A DNA stretch of 64,000 nt from the human T2T-CHM13v2.0 reference genome, Homo sapiens. Shown piece by piece: positions 13,101-23,642 of this stretch (position 1 is its first letter; every line of letters starts with the position of its first letter). A program made the translations under genes and the position numbers. Location of the stretch: positions 2,112,001-2,176,000 of the forward strand of contig CP068257.2 of NCBI GenBank assembly GCA_009914755.4, in the 5' to 3' direction. A model generated the notes under the pieces. The model made no database searches and was not told where the DNA came from. It saw only the letters and a program-made list of their open reading frames with translations.

Positions 13101-16100
13101 AGTGGAGTAGAGAGGAATGGAGTGGAATTAAATGGGATGGAAAGGAATGGCATGGAGTTGAGTGGAATGGAGTGTAGTGGATTGGAGTGTAGTGGAGTGG
13201 ATTGGAGTGTAGTAGAGTGGAATGGAATGGAATGGAATGGAATGCAATGGAATGGAATGGAATGGTAAAATGAAATGTGAGCTGAGTTTGTGCCACTTAA
13301 CGCCAGCCTGGGTGACAGAGACAGATCCTGTCAAAAGAAAGGAATGGAATGGGGTGGAGTGTAGTGTAGTGGTTTGGAGTTCAATGGAGTGCAATGGAAT
13401 GGGATGGAATGGAATGGAATGGAGTGCGGTGGAGTGGAGTGGAGTGGAGTGGAGTGGAGTGGCATGGAGTGGAATGGAATGCGATGGAATGGAATAAAGT
13501 AGAGTGGAGTTGAATGGAGTGGACTGGAGTGGAATGTAGTGGAATGGAATGGAATGAAGTGGAGTGGAGTGCAGTGGAGAGGGGTGAAGTGGAATGGAAT
13601 GGAATGGAATGGAATGGAATGGAATGGAATAGAATGGTGAAATGAAATCTGAGCTGAGATTATGCCTCTGCACTCCATCCTGGGTGACAGAGTGAGATCC
13701 TGTCGAAAGAAAGCAATGGAATGGATTGGAGTGGAATGCAATGGAATGGAATGGAACGGAAAGGAATGGAATGGAATGGAAAGGAGGGAATGGAATAGAA
13801 TGGAGTGGGGTGGAGTGGAATGGAGTTGAATGGAATGGGATGTAATGAAATGGAGTGTAATGGACTGGACTGGAGTGGAATGGAGTTGAGTAGAGTGGAA
13901 GGGACTGGAATGGAATGGGATGGAATGGAATGGAATGGAGTGGAGTGGAGTGGGGTGGAAAGGAATGGGATGGAGTTGAGTGGAGTGGAGTGAAATGGAG
14001 TAGAATGGAAAGGAATGGAGTGGAGTGGAGTTGAATGGAATGGAATGGAATGAAATTGAATGCAATAATGAAATGAAACGTGAGGTGTTATTGTGCTACC
14101 GCACTCCAGCCTTGGTGACAGAGTGAGATCTTCTTGAAAGAAAGGAATTGAATGGAATGGAGTGGAATGGAATGGAATGGAATGCAGTGGATGGAGTGGA
14201 GTGGAATAGAGTGGAACGGAATGTGATGGAGTGGAATGGAATGGAGTGGAGTGGAGTGGAATTGAGTGGAATGGAAAGGGATGGAATGGAATGGAATGGG
14301 GAGGAGTGGAGTGGAAGGGAGTTGAGTGGAGTGGGGAGGAATGGAATGGAATGGAATGGAGTGGAGTAGAGTGGCGTGGAGTGGAGTGGAGTAGAGTGGA
14401 GTATAGTGGAGTGGAGTGGAGTATAGTGGAGTGGAATGAAGTATAGTGGAATGGAGTGGAATGGAATGGAATGGAATTAAGTGGAGTGGAGTGCAGTGGA
14501 ATGGAATGGAATGGAATGGAAAGGAATTGAAAGGAATGGAATGCAGTGGAGTGGAGTGGAGTTCACAGAAGTGGAATAGAATTGAATGGAATGCAATGGA
14601 ATGGAATGCAATGCAATGGAAAGGAATGGAATGCAATGGAATGAAATGGAATGGAATGCAATGGAATGCAAAGGAATGGATGGTGAAATTTAATGTGAGC
14701 TGAGATAGTGCCACTGCACTCCAGCCAGGGTGACACAGTGAGAGTCTGTCGACAGAAAGGAATGGAATGGAAAGCAGTGAAACGAATGGAATGGAATAGA
14801 ATGGAGTGGAGGGGAGGGGAGTGGAGTGGAGTGTACTGGAGTGAAATGGAGTCGAATGGAATGGGATGGAGTGAAATGGAATGGAGTGGAGTGGACTAGA
14901 GTGAAATAGAGTGGAAAGGAATTGGATGGAATGGAATGCAATGGAATAGTGAAAAGAAATTTGAGCTGAGATTGTGCCACTGCACTCCAGCCTTTGTGAA
15001 AGAGTGAGATCCTGTGGAAAGAAAGGAATGTGATGGAATGGAGTGGAATTGTATGGAATGGAATGGAGTGAAGTGGAGTGGAGTGGAGTCGAGTGCAATG
15101 GAGTGGAATGGAATGGGATGGAAAGGAATGGCATGGAGTGGAGTAGAGAGGAGTGGATTGGAGTGGAGTAGATTAGCATGGAGTGGAATGGAATGGGATG
15201 GAATTGAATGCCATGGAATGAGGTGGAGTGGAGTGGACTGGATGGAGTGGACTGGATTGGAGTGGAGTAGAGTGTAATGGAGTGGAGTGGAATGGAATGG
15301 AAAGGAATGGAATGCAGTGGAAAGCAATGGAATGGAATGCTATGGAATAGATTGGAATGGAGTGGTGAAATGAAATGTGAGCTGAATTTGTGCCAATGCC
15401 CGCCAGTCTGGTTGACAGCGTTACATGCTGTCAAAAGAAAGGAATGGAATGGAATGAATTGGAGTGGAGCTGAGTGGAGTGGAGTGGTGTGGAGTGGAAT
15501 GGAGTGGAATGGAATGGGATGGAGTGGAATGGAATGGAGTGTATTAAGTGGAGTGGCATGGAGTGAAATGCAGTGGAATGGAATGCGATGGAATGGGATG
15601 GAATGGAATGGAGTGGAGTGGAGTGGAATAGAGTGGAATAGAGTGGAATGGAGTGGAATGTAATGGAATGGAATGGAGTGGATTGGAGTGCAGTGAAGTG
15701 GAGTGGAATGGAATGGAATGGAATAGTGAAATGAAATGTAAGGTGGGATTCTGCCACTGCACTCCAGACTGGGTGACAGAGTGACATCCTGTCGAATGTG
15801 AGGAATGGAGCGGAATGGAGTGGAATGGAATGTAGTGGAGTGGAGTGGAATGGAACGGAGTGGAAAGGAATGGAACGGAATGGAGTGGAACGGAGTGGAG
15901 AGGAGTGGAGTCGAATGGAATGGAATGGGATGGAATCGAATGGAATGAAGTGGAGGGGAGTGGAGTGGAGTGTTGTGGAGAGGAGTGGAGTGGTATGGAA
16001 TTGGATGGAACTGAATGGAGTTCAGTGGAGTTGGGTGGAGAGGAATGGAGTACACTGGAGTGGAATTGAATGGAATGGAATGGAGTGGAGTTGAGTGAAG

Positions 16101-19100
16101 TGGAGTGGAGTGGAGTGGAATGCAATGTAGTAGAATGGAATTGAATGGAATGGAAAAGAATGGAATGGAATAGAATGGAATGATGAAATGAAATATGAGC
16201 TGAGATTGTGCCACTGCACTCCAGCAGGGTGACAGAGTGAAATCCTGTTGAAAGAAAGGAATGGAATGGAAAGGACTGGAATGCAATGGAATGGAATAGA
16301 GTGGAGTGGAGTATACTGGAAGGGAGTGGAATGGAATGGGATGGAATGGAATGGAGAGGAATACACTGGAGTGTAGTGGAGTGGAATGGAATGGAATGGA
16401 ATGGAATGGAATGGAATGGAATGGAATGCAGTGGAGTTTAGTTCACAAGAGCGGAATGGAATGGGATGGAATGGAATGGAATGCAATGGAATGGAATAAA
16501 ATGGAATGCAATGGAAGGGAATTGTGAAATTAAATGTTAGCTGAGATAGTGCCACTGCACTCCAGCCTGTGTGACAGAGTGAGATCCTGTCGAAAGAAAT
16601 TAATGGAATGTAAAGGTGTGAAGTATGATGGAATGGAAGGAAATGGAATGGAGTGGAGTGTAGTGTAGTGGAATGGAGCGTAATGGAGTGGAATGGAATG
16701 GGATGGAGTGGAATGGAATGGAGTGGAATGGAGTGGATTGAATTGGAGTAGAGTGGAGTTGACTGGATTGAAGTGGAATGGAGTGGAGTGGAATGGAATG
16801 GAATGGAATGGAATGGAATGGAATGGAATGGAGGGGAGTGGAGGGAGGTGGAGGGGAATGGAGTGGAGTGGAATGGAATGGTGAAATAAAATGTGAGCTG
16901 AGATTGTGCCACTGTGTTCCAGCCTTTTTTGACATAGTGAGATCCCATCAAAAGAAAGGACTGGAATGGAATGGGGTGGAATGGAATGGAGAAGAATGGA
17001 ACGGAGTGGAGTGGATTGGAGTGGAGTGCATTGGAGTGGAGTGGAGTCAAGTGAAATGGAGTGAAATGGAATGGAAGGAAATGGAATGGCATGTAGTGGA
17101 GTGGGGTGGAGTGAATTTGAGTAGAGTAGGGTGGAATGGAATGGAATGGAGTGGAATGGAATGGGATGGAAGGGAATGGCATGGAGTGGAGTGGAATGGA
17201 GTGGATTAGAGTGGAGTAGAGTGGAATGGAAAGGAACGGAATTAAATGGAATGGAATGGAATGGTATGGAATGGAATGGAATGCAATGGAATTGAATGGA
17301 ATGCAATAGAATGGAATGGAATGCAATGGAATGGAATGGAATGGAATGGAATGCAATGGAATGGAATGGAATGGAATGGAATGGAATGGAATGGAATGGA
17401 ATGGAATGGTGAAATGAAATGTGAGCTCAGTTTGTGCCACTGCACGCCAGCCTGGGTGACAGAATGAGATCCTGTCGAAAGAAACGAATGGAATGGAATG
17501 GAGTGGAGTGTAGAGGTGTGGAGTGATGTGGAGTGGAATGGAGTGGAATGGAATGGGATGGATTTGAATGGAAGGAGTGTAGTGGAGTGGATTGGAGTGG
17601 AGTGGAGTGGAATGGAATGGAATGGAGTGGAATGGAATGGAATTGAATGGAATGGAATGGAATGGAATGGAATGTTGTGGAGTGTATTGGAATGGAGTGG
17701 AATGGAGTGAAATGGAGTGTAATGTAATGTAGTGGAATGGAGTGGAGTGGAGTGCAGTGGAGAAGGGTGTAGGGGAATGGAATGGAATAGTGAAATGAAA
17801 TGTGAGCTGAGATACTCCCACTGCACTCCAGACTGTGTGACAGAATGAGATCCTGTCGAATGGAATTGAATAGAGTGGAATGAAATGGAGTGCAGTGGAG
17901 TGGAGCAGAGTGGAGTGGAGTGGAGTGGAATGGAATGGAATGGGATGGAATCAAATGGTATGAAGTGGAGGGGAATGGAGTTGAGTGGAGGGACGAGGAG
18001 TGGAATGGAATGGAATTGGATGGAATGGGATGGAGTGGAGTGGAGTGGGGTGGAGAGTAGTGGAGTAGAGTGGAATGGAATGGAATGCAATGGAATGGAG
18101 TGGAGTGGAGTAGAGTGGATTGGAGTGTAATGGAATAGAATGGAATGGATAGGAATGGAATGGTATAGAATGGAATGATGAAATGAAATATGAGCTGAGA
18201 TTGTGCCACTGCACTCCAGCCTGGGTGACAGAGTGAGATCCTGTCAAAGGAAAGGAATGGAATGGAAAGGAGTGGAACGGAATGGAATGGAATGGATTGA
18301 TTGGAGTGCAGTGGAGTAGAGGTGAGTGGAGTTCACAGTAGTGCAATGGAATGGAATGGAGTGGAGTCGAGTGCAGTGGAGTGGGTTGGAATGGAATGGA
18401 GTGGAATGGAATGGGATGGAATGGAATGGAGTGGAGTGGAGTGGAGTTCACAGGAGTGCAATGGAATGGGATGGAATGGAATTGAATGGAATGGAATGGA
18501 ATACAATGGAGTGGAATGCAATGGAATGCAATCGAATGGAATTGTGAAATTAAATGTGAGCTGAGATAGTGCCACTGCACTCCAGCCTGTGTGACAGAGT
18601 GAGATCCTGTTGAAAGAAATTAGTGGAATGTAAGAGAATAAATTATACTGGAATGGAATGGATTGGAGTGGAGTGGAGAGGAATGGAGCTTAATGGAGTG
18701 GAAGGGAATGGGAAGGAGTGGAATGGACTGGAGTGGAGTGGAGTGGAGTGGAGTGGAGTGGAGTGGAGAGAAATGAGGTAAAATGCAATGGGATGGACTG
18801 GAATGGAGTGGAGTGGAGTGGAGTGAATTGGAATGGAGTGGATTTGACTGGATTGCAGTGGAATGAAGTGGAGTGGAATGGAATGGAATGGAATGGAATG
18901 GAATGGAGGGGAGTGGAGTGGAGTTGAGGGGAATGGAGTGGAGTGGAATGGAGTGGAATGGAATGGAATGGAATGGTGAAATAAAATGTGAGCTGAGATT
19001 GTGCCACTGTGTTCCAGCCTTTTTTTGACACAGTGAGAGCCCGTCAAAGGAAAGGAATGGAATGGAATATGGTGGAATGGAATGGAGTGGAGTGGATTGG

Positions 19101-19800
19101 AGTGGAGTGGAGTGGAGTCAAGTGGAACAGAGTGGAATGGAATAGGATGGAATCGAATGGCATGTAGTGGAGTGGGATGGAGTGAATTTCAGTGGATTAG
19201 GGTGGAATGGAGTGGAATGGAATGGGATGGAAGGGAATGGCATGGAGTGTAGTGGAGTGGACTGGAGTGGGTTAGAATGGAATTGAATGGAATGGTATGG
19301 AATGGAATGGAATGGAATGGAATGGAATGGAATGGAATGGTGAAATTGAATGTGAGCTGAGATAGTGCCACTCCACTCCAGCCTGGGTGACAGATTGAGA
19401 TCCTGTCAAAAGAAAGGAATGGAATTGAATGGAGGGGAATGGAATGGGATGGAGTGGGGTGGAGTGGAGTGGAGTGGAGGGGACTGGATTTGAGTGGAGT
19501 CTAGTGGAACAGAGTGGAATGGAATGGGGTGGAGTGGAACGGAATGGAATGGAGAGGAGTGGTGTGGAGTGGAGTGGATTGGAATTCAATGGGATGGAAT
19601 GGTATGGAGTGGAGTGGAATGGAGTGGAGTGGAATGGAATGGAATGGAATGGAATGGAATTGGAATGGAATGGAATGGAATGGAGAGGAGAGGAATGGAG
19701 TGGAATGTAGTGTAATTGGAAAGGATGGAATGGAATGGAATGCCATGGAATAGAATTAGGAATAGAATGGAATGATGTGGAATGGAATGGAGTAGAATTC
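1162..19800. repeat. Higher-order repeat organisation of the satellite. There are at least four tandem copies of a ~4.6-4.8 kb HOR, each made of about 11-13 subunits of pentamer run plus Alu-tail module. Copies begin at about 1162, 5783, 10,330 and 15,100.
   Basis: Long near-identical blocks recur at fixed offset. The block ggattatggtggagtggagtggattggagtgg...gccatcgagtgcagtggagtgg lies at 1162 and again at 5783, an offset of 4621. Diagnostic module variants also recur at fixed offset. The gtaagctgagattctgcc variant lies at 1746, 6365, 10,990 and 15,743. The ccagccttttttgacacagtga variant lies at 3074 and 7760. The tgtaattgcactccattttggg variant lies at 3456 and 8147. Confidence 0.8.
3653..3727 (+). 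repeat. Representative embedded Alu 3'-end-derived module. It corresponds to roughly the last 60 bp of the Alu right monomer, with the A-tail replaced by gaaagaaagg leading into GGAAT. It is one of about 55 copies in the array.
   Basis: The sequence gtgagctgacattgtggcactgcactccagcctgggtgacagagtgagatcctgtc aligns to the Alu consensus GTGAGCCGAGATCGCGCCACTGCACTCCAGCCTGGGCGACAGAGCGAGACTCCGTC. Every consensus CpG reads TpG. Confidence 0.85.
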
Positions 19801-20547
19801 AGTGGAGTGGAGTGGAGTGGAATGTAATGTAATGGAATGGGATGGGATGGAGTGGAATGGAATGGAGTGGAGTGGAGTGGAGTGGAGTGGAGTGGAGTGG
19901 AATGGAGTGGAATGCAATGGGATGTGATGGAATGGAGTGGGGTGGAGTTGAGTGGATTGAAATCGAATGGAATGGAGTGGAGAGGAGTGTAGTGGAATGG
20001 AATGGAATGGAATGGAATAGAAGGGAATAGAATGGTGAAATGAAATGTGAGCTGAGATTGTGCCACTGCACTCCATCCTGGGTGACAAGTGAGATTCTAT
20101 CGAAAGAAAGGAATGGAACGGATTAGAGTGGAATGGAATGGAGTGGGGTAGAGTGGAGTGGAGTGTAGTGGAGTAGAGTGGAATAAAGAGGAATGGAATG
20201 GGATGTAATGGAAAGGAATGCAGTGGAGTGGAGTAAAGTGGAGTGGAGCGGAGTGGAGTGGTGTGGAGTGGAGAGGAGTGGAATGGAATGGAATGGAATG
20301 GAATGGAATGGAATGGAATGGCACGGTGAAATGAAATGTGGGCTGAGATTGTGCCACTTCACTACAGCCTGGGTGACGGAGTGAGTTCCTGAAGAAATAA
20401 AATAATGTAATAGAATGGATTGGAATGAAATGGAATGGAGTGTAGTGGACTGGAGTAGAGTGGAATGGAGTGGAGTAGAGTGGAAGGGAATGGAATGAAA
20501 TGAGATGGAATGGAATGGAATGGAATAGAATGGAGTGGAGTGGAGTG

Positions 20548-20897
20548 CAAAAATCCTCAATAAAATACTAGCAAGGCGAATCCAGCAGCAAATCAAAAAG
20601 CTTATCCACCATGATCAAATGTGTTTCATCCCTGGGATGCAAGGCTGGTACAACATACGCAAATCAGTAAACGTAATCCATCATATAAACAGAACCAACG
20701 TCAAAAACCACGATTATCTCAATAGATGCAGAAAAGCCCTTTGACAAAATTCAACAACCTTCATGCTAAAAACTCTCAATAAATTAGATATTGATGGGAC
20801 GTATCTCAAAATATTAAGAGCTATTTATGACAAACCCGCAGCCAATATCATACTGAATGGGCAAAACCTGAAAGCATTCCCTTTGAAAATCTCAGTT
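20548..20897 (+). mobile_element. Internal L1 (L1PA-type) ORF2 reverse-transcriptase fragment. It is truncated at both ends and directly abuts the satellite.
   Basis: gcaaaaatcctcaataaaatactagcaaggcgaatccagcagcaaatcaaaaagcttatccaccatgatcaaatgtg...ccctttgacaaaattcaacaacc...gcattccctttgaaaa matches L1 ORF2 around the motifs [16 protein letters not shown] and [13 protein letters not shown]. There is no poly-A or 3'UTR. Homology stops at about 20,897. Confidence 0.85.
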
Positions 20898-21074
20898 ACC
20901 TTTCTTTTGGATATGTGTGTGAGGAAAGAGTACCTACAAACTACCCTTTTAGTTAAATGCCATATACAATAAATATTAATACCTACAGTCCTCATGTTGT
21001 ACATTAGAGCCCTCAATTTGTTAATTCTACATATCTGCAACTTTGCATCCTTCGAATTCTCTATCTCCATTTTC

Positions 21075-21180
21075 TCTTCTCACCCCCAGCCCCTGGTAAC
21101 CACTGTTTTATACTCTATCTCTGCATATTTACCTTTTTGCTGTTTTTGTCCTGAGAAGTTTATTGGGACTTTCAGCTAGG
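21075..21180 (-). mobile_element. Possible short relic of an ancient L1 (L1M-type) 3' end.
   Basis: cacccccagcccctggtaaccactgttttatactctatctctg resembles the reverse complement of the L1M/L1PB 3'-terminal motif ...cagagagtagaatagtggttaccaggggctgggg. The match is short. Confidence 0.3.
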
Positions 21181-22484
21181 AGATAATATGTTCTGAGTCT
21201 TGATTATCTCAAATTATATCAGGTAAGAAGTTTTACTTGTCTGGAGAGCAGAGAGCAAGTGCATAATTTTATGCAGAAGAGGGAATAAAGAGAATTCTCT
21301 AATTAAAATTTGAATCAGAAATATGGTTCATATTTTTATGTACAACAATCTCTAAGGCTTCCTGGAAAGGAACTAGCTGCCTGATTTTTTTTCATTTGAA
21401 TCCTCTAATACATGAAGAGGATGATTCTACCATACCAATCACAAGAATGATATCTGTAGAATCAAAAGTTGAAATCCTATTATCCTAGAAGTTTTTTCAG
21501 AAAACTTGAACATGTATTGAAATGTCATGCTGGTCATATATGTTACAGCAATGAGGAATTTACTTATTATATACTTTAGCTTTTTAGCCCTTTCCCTGCC
21601 CACCAGAAATGTTTCTTTTGAATCCAATTTGGTCCTCAGAGTTTTAGAATGTTAAGGAATGTATAGGGGTATCTTTTTTCTTCTTTTTTTTTTTGTCAAG
21701 CTATTGTATATTTTTACTTTACCTGTTTGGGTATGTAGTTACTATTTGTTTGGACTGTCATACTAGAAAAAAATTATAGTGAATTTTACATGTATGGAGT
21801 CTTCATTAATCTGTATAAACTGACAAGTTTAGAATATCAAAGTCAACACTGTAAAAAATAAAGTGATATTTTATCTGGTCTATCTCCTTGCAAATAAAAG
21901 AACAATAAATTCTGTACTATTATGAAATATAAGAGCTTGAAAATTTTTCAAGTGTCTTGTATAGAATGGCCTTCGAATTCAAGGTATAAACTACAACAAA
22001 ACACTTTCGAGGTCTAGTTTGATTGAAGAGTGCATTCTTACTTATTTATATATTCTCTGCAATTTCTGATTCAAGATAGTCCACAATTCTAAAGGAAAAC
22101 CAAAATAGAATAATAATTACAAAACAAAATAAAAAGTAATTGAGGAAGACAATTGAGCAACTTATTCTTGACAACTAGCTTTTTAACAAACAGAAAAGTG
22201 CACTAAAAATACTGCCTAGTTGTTTAAAGTAGGCTGAGATCTGACTGTATCCCCTGAGTGTCATAAAGAAAAAACTACCTTTGAGGGAGCACAGTGATTA
22301 AATTTAAAAGATTTATTGTTTAACCTCAGGAAGACTTTCAATAACTTTTTATAAATTGTATACAGTTAATGGAAGACATGCTAGGCTTCTTGTAAGAATT
22401 TGTTCCAGATCACTGTGTATAATTAATGGCTTGTCTACATATTTTTTCAATAAAACTGTTCATGAAGAATTTTAAGTATGCACT

Positions 22485-22630
22485 TTCAGTACCAGAATGA
22501 ATATATCTTTGTGAAGATACCATTTATGTACCATAACATCCAAAGCATAATGAGGAGATTTTGATACACTGCAGATTTAGAACTGAGTTGGAAAACAAAA
22601 CTTCAACATACTGTCTTGTCAGCACAAAGC
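22485..22630. repeat. Copy A of a ~148-bp locally duplicated segment.
   Basis: ttcagtaccagaatgaatatatctttgtgaagataccatttatgtaccataacatccaaagcataatgaggagattttgatacactgcagatttagaactgagttggaaaacaaaacttcaacatactgtcttgtcagcacaaagc is about 88-90% identical to 23,229-23,376. Confidence 0.8.
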
Positions 22631-23228
22631 AAATAAATTCATCACTGTCAGTTGAGATTTAAATTCACAAACTTATAAGCAATAAAATCAAAGTAATTTT
22701 GTTATAAGTTTTTTGACACCAGATTATATGGGGTAAATAATTTACTTTCTAATCAAGCAATTGATACATATAAACCTGAAATAGAGAGTTTTGCCTTTTA
22801 ATTAGATACATTGTTACGCAAAGAGTGGTTGAAGATGCAGTTGAGAATTATCTTTTTCTCTTTTTGCTGTTCTTACAAGGACAGTTTCTAGAATTCTTTT
22901 CAAAACAATAGAACAGAAAATTTCACTTACTCACTTAATTTAACTTTTGTTAAAGTACTTTGCCAAAATTAGCAAACTATGAAAGGAAAGTTTGCCTTTT
23001 CAATATATATGTAAGTGGCAAGTAAAAGTTGTTCTTAAATCACGTGATCTCATAGAAATAACATGGGATAAAAAGAGTTCTGAAGGTGTTCAGGAAATGC
23101 CAGTCCTAAATGTATTGCTTTGGTGTACTGATTACATTGAACTGAAAATATTTGAAAAATAACAACTGTGGGACATGCTTTCTCTGCACTCCCTTTACGT
23201 TCCTCAAGAGAGATCCTCCAAAAGGAAT

Positions 23229-23376
23229 TTTCAATACCAGAATGAATGTATCTTTGTAAAGATACCATTTATCTACCATAACATCCAAAGCATGATGAGG
23301 AGATTTTTATACACTGCAGATTTAGAACTGAATTGGAAAACAAAGCTTCAAGATACTGTCTTGTCAGCACAAAGAC
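23229..23376. repeat. Copy B of the ~148-bp duplicated segment, a direct repeat about 744 bp downstream of copy A.
   Basis: ttcaataccagaatgaatgtatctttgtaaagataccatttatctaccataacatccaaagcatgatgaggagatttttatacactgcagatttagaactgaattggaaaacaaagcttcaagatactgtcttgtcagcacaaagac. Confidence 0.8.
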
Positions 23377-23610
23377 ATTCATCTCCTTCCTAGGAGTTTC
23401 ATCAGCCAGGGAAAATTGACTCCTCATATCACAGGAGACAAGACTAAGAGTCCATTCCACACCAAGGCAGACTGCCACAAACTATCATCTATGCTCCTAG
23501 GGGTCTGGTCATCTTTCCCAAAAGTCATTTGCTCTCCCTTAAGTTTCCTACATTCTTCCTCCTGCCTTCCCTACAAGCTCCTAAATCTCACTGGGTTTTT
23601 TTCTTGGTGG

Positions 23611-23642
23611 TGTTTTGTTTGTTTTGTTTTGTTTTGTTTTTG
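23611..23642. repeat. (GTTTT)n microsatellite.
   Basis: tgttttgtttgttttgttttgttttgtttttg. Confidence 0.8.

Larger units (their letters stand above)
1..20547. repeat. HSat3-type pentameric satellite, (GGAAT)n with GGAGT/GGAAA variants, reading G-rich on the + strand. It contains ~55 embedded Alu-3'-end modules and continues beyond the left edge of the window.
   Basis: Seen directly: near-continuous ggaatggaatggagtggagtgg tracts of 150-750 bp, giving a 5-bp periodicity. No HSat2-style CATTCGATTCC degeneracy is present. Each pentamer run is separated by the conserved segment gaaatgaaatgtgagctgagattgtgccactgcactccagcctgggtgacagagtgagatcctgtcgaaagaaa. Confidence 0.93.

Noticed and set aside
219-20596. 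Very long ORFs in the satellite on both strands, for example 3,936-7,631 minus (1231 aa), 219-3,041 minus (940 aa) and 14,088-16,286 minus (732 aa), together with many 60-180 aa MEWNG... ORFs on the plus strand.
   Set aside because: They are pure 5-aa periodic low-complexity translations, (HSIPF/HSTPL)n and (MEWNG/VEWSG)n. They overlap one another in multiple frames and have no start context. A pentamer repeat lacking stop triplets stays open in every frame until an Alu-tail module interrupts it.
20535-21070. Short ORFs of 69-81 aa spanning the satellite/L1 junction and just beyond.
   Set aside because: They are translations of the L1 ORF2 fragment and adjacent AT-rich sequence, not independent genes.
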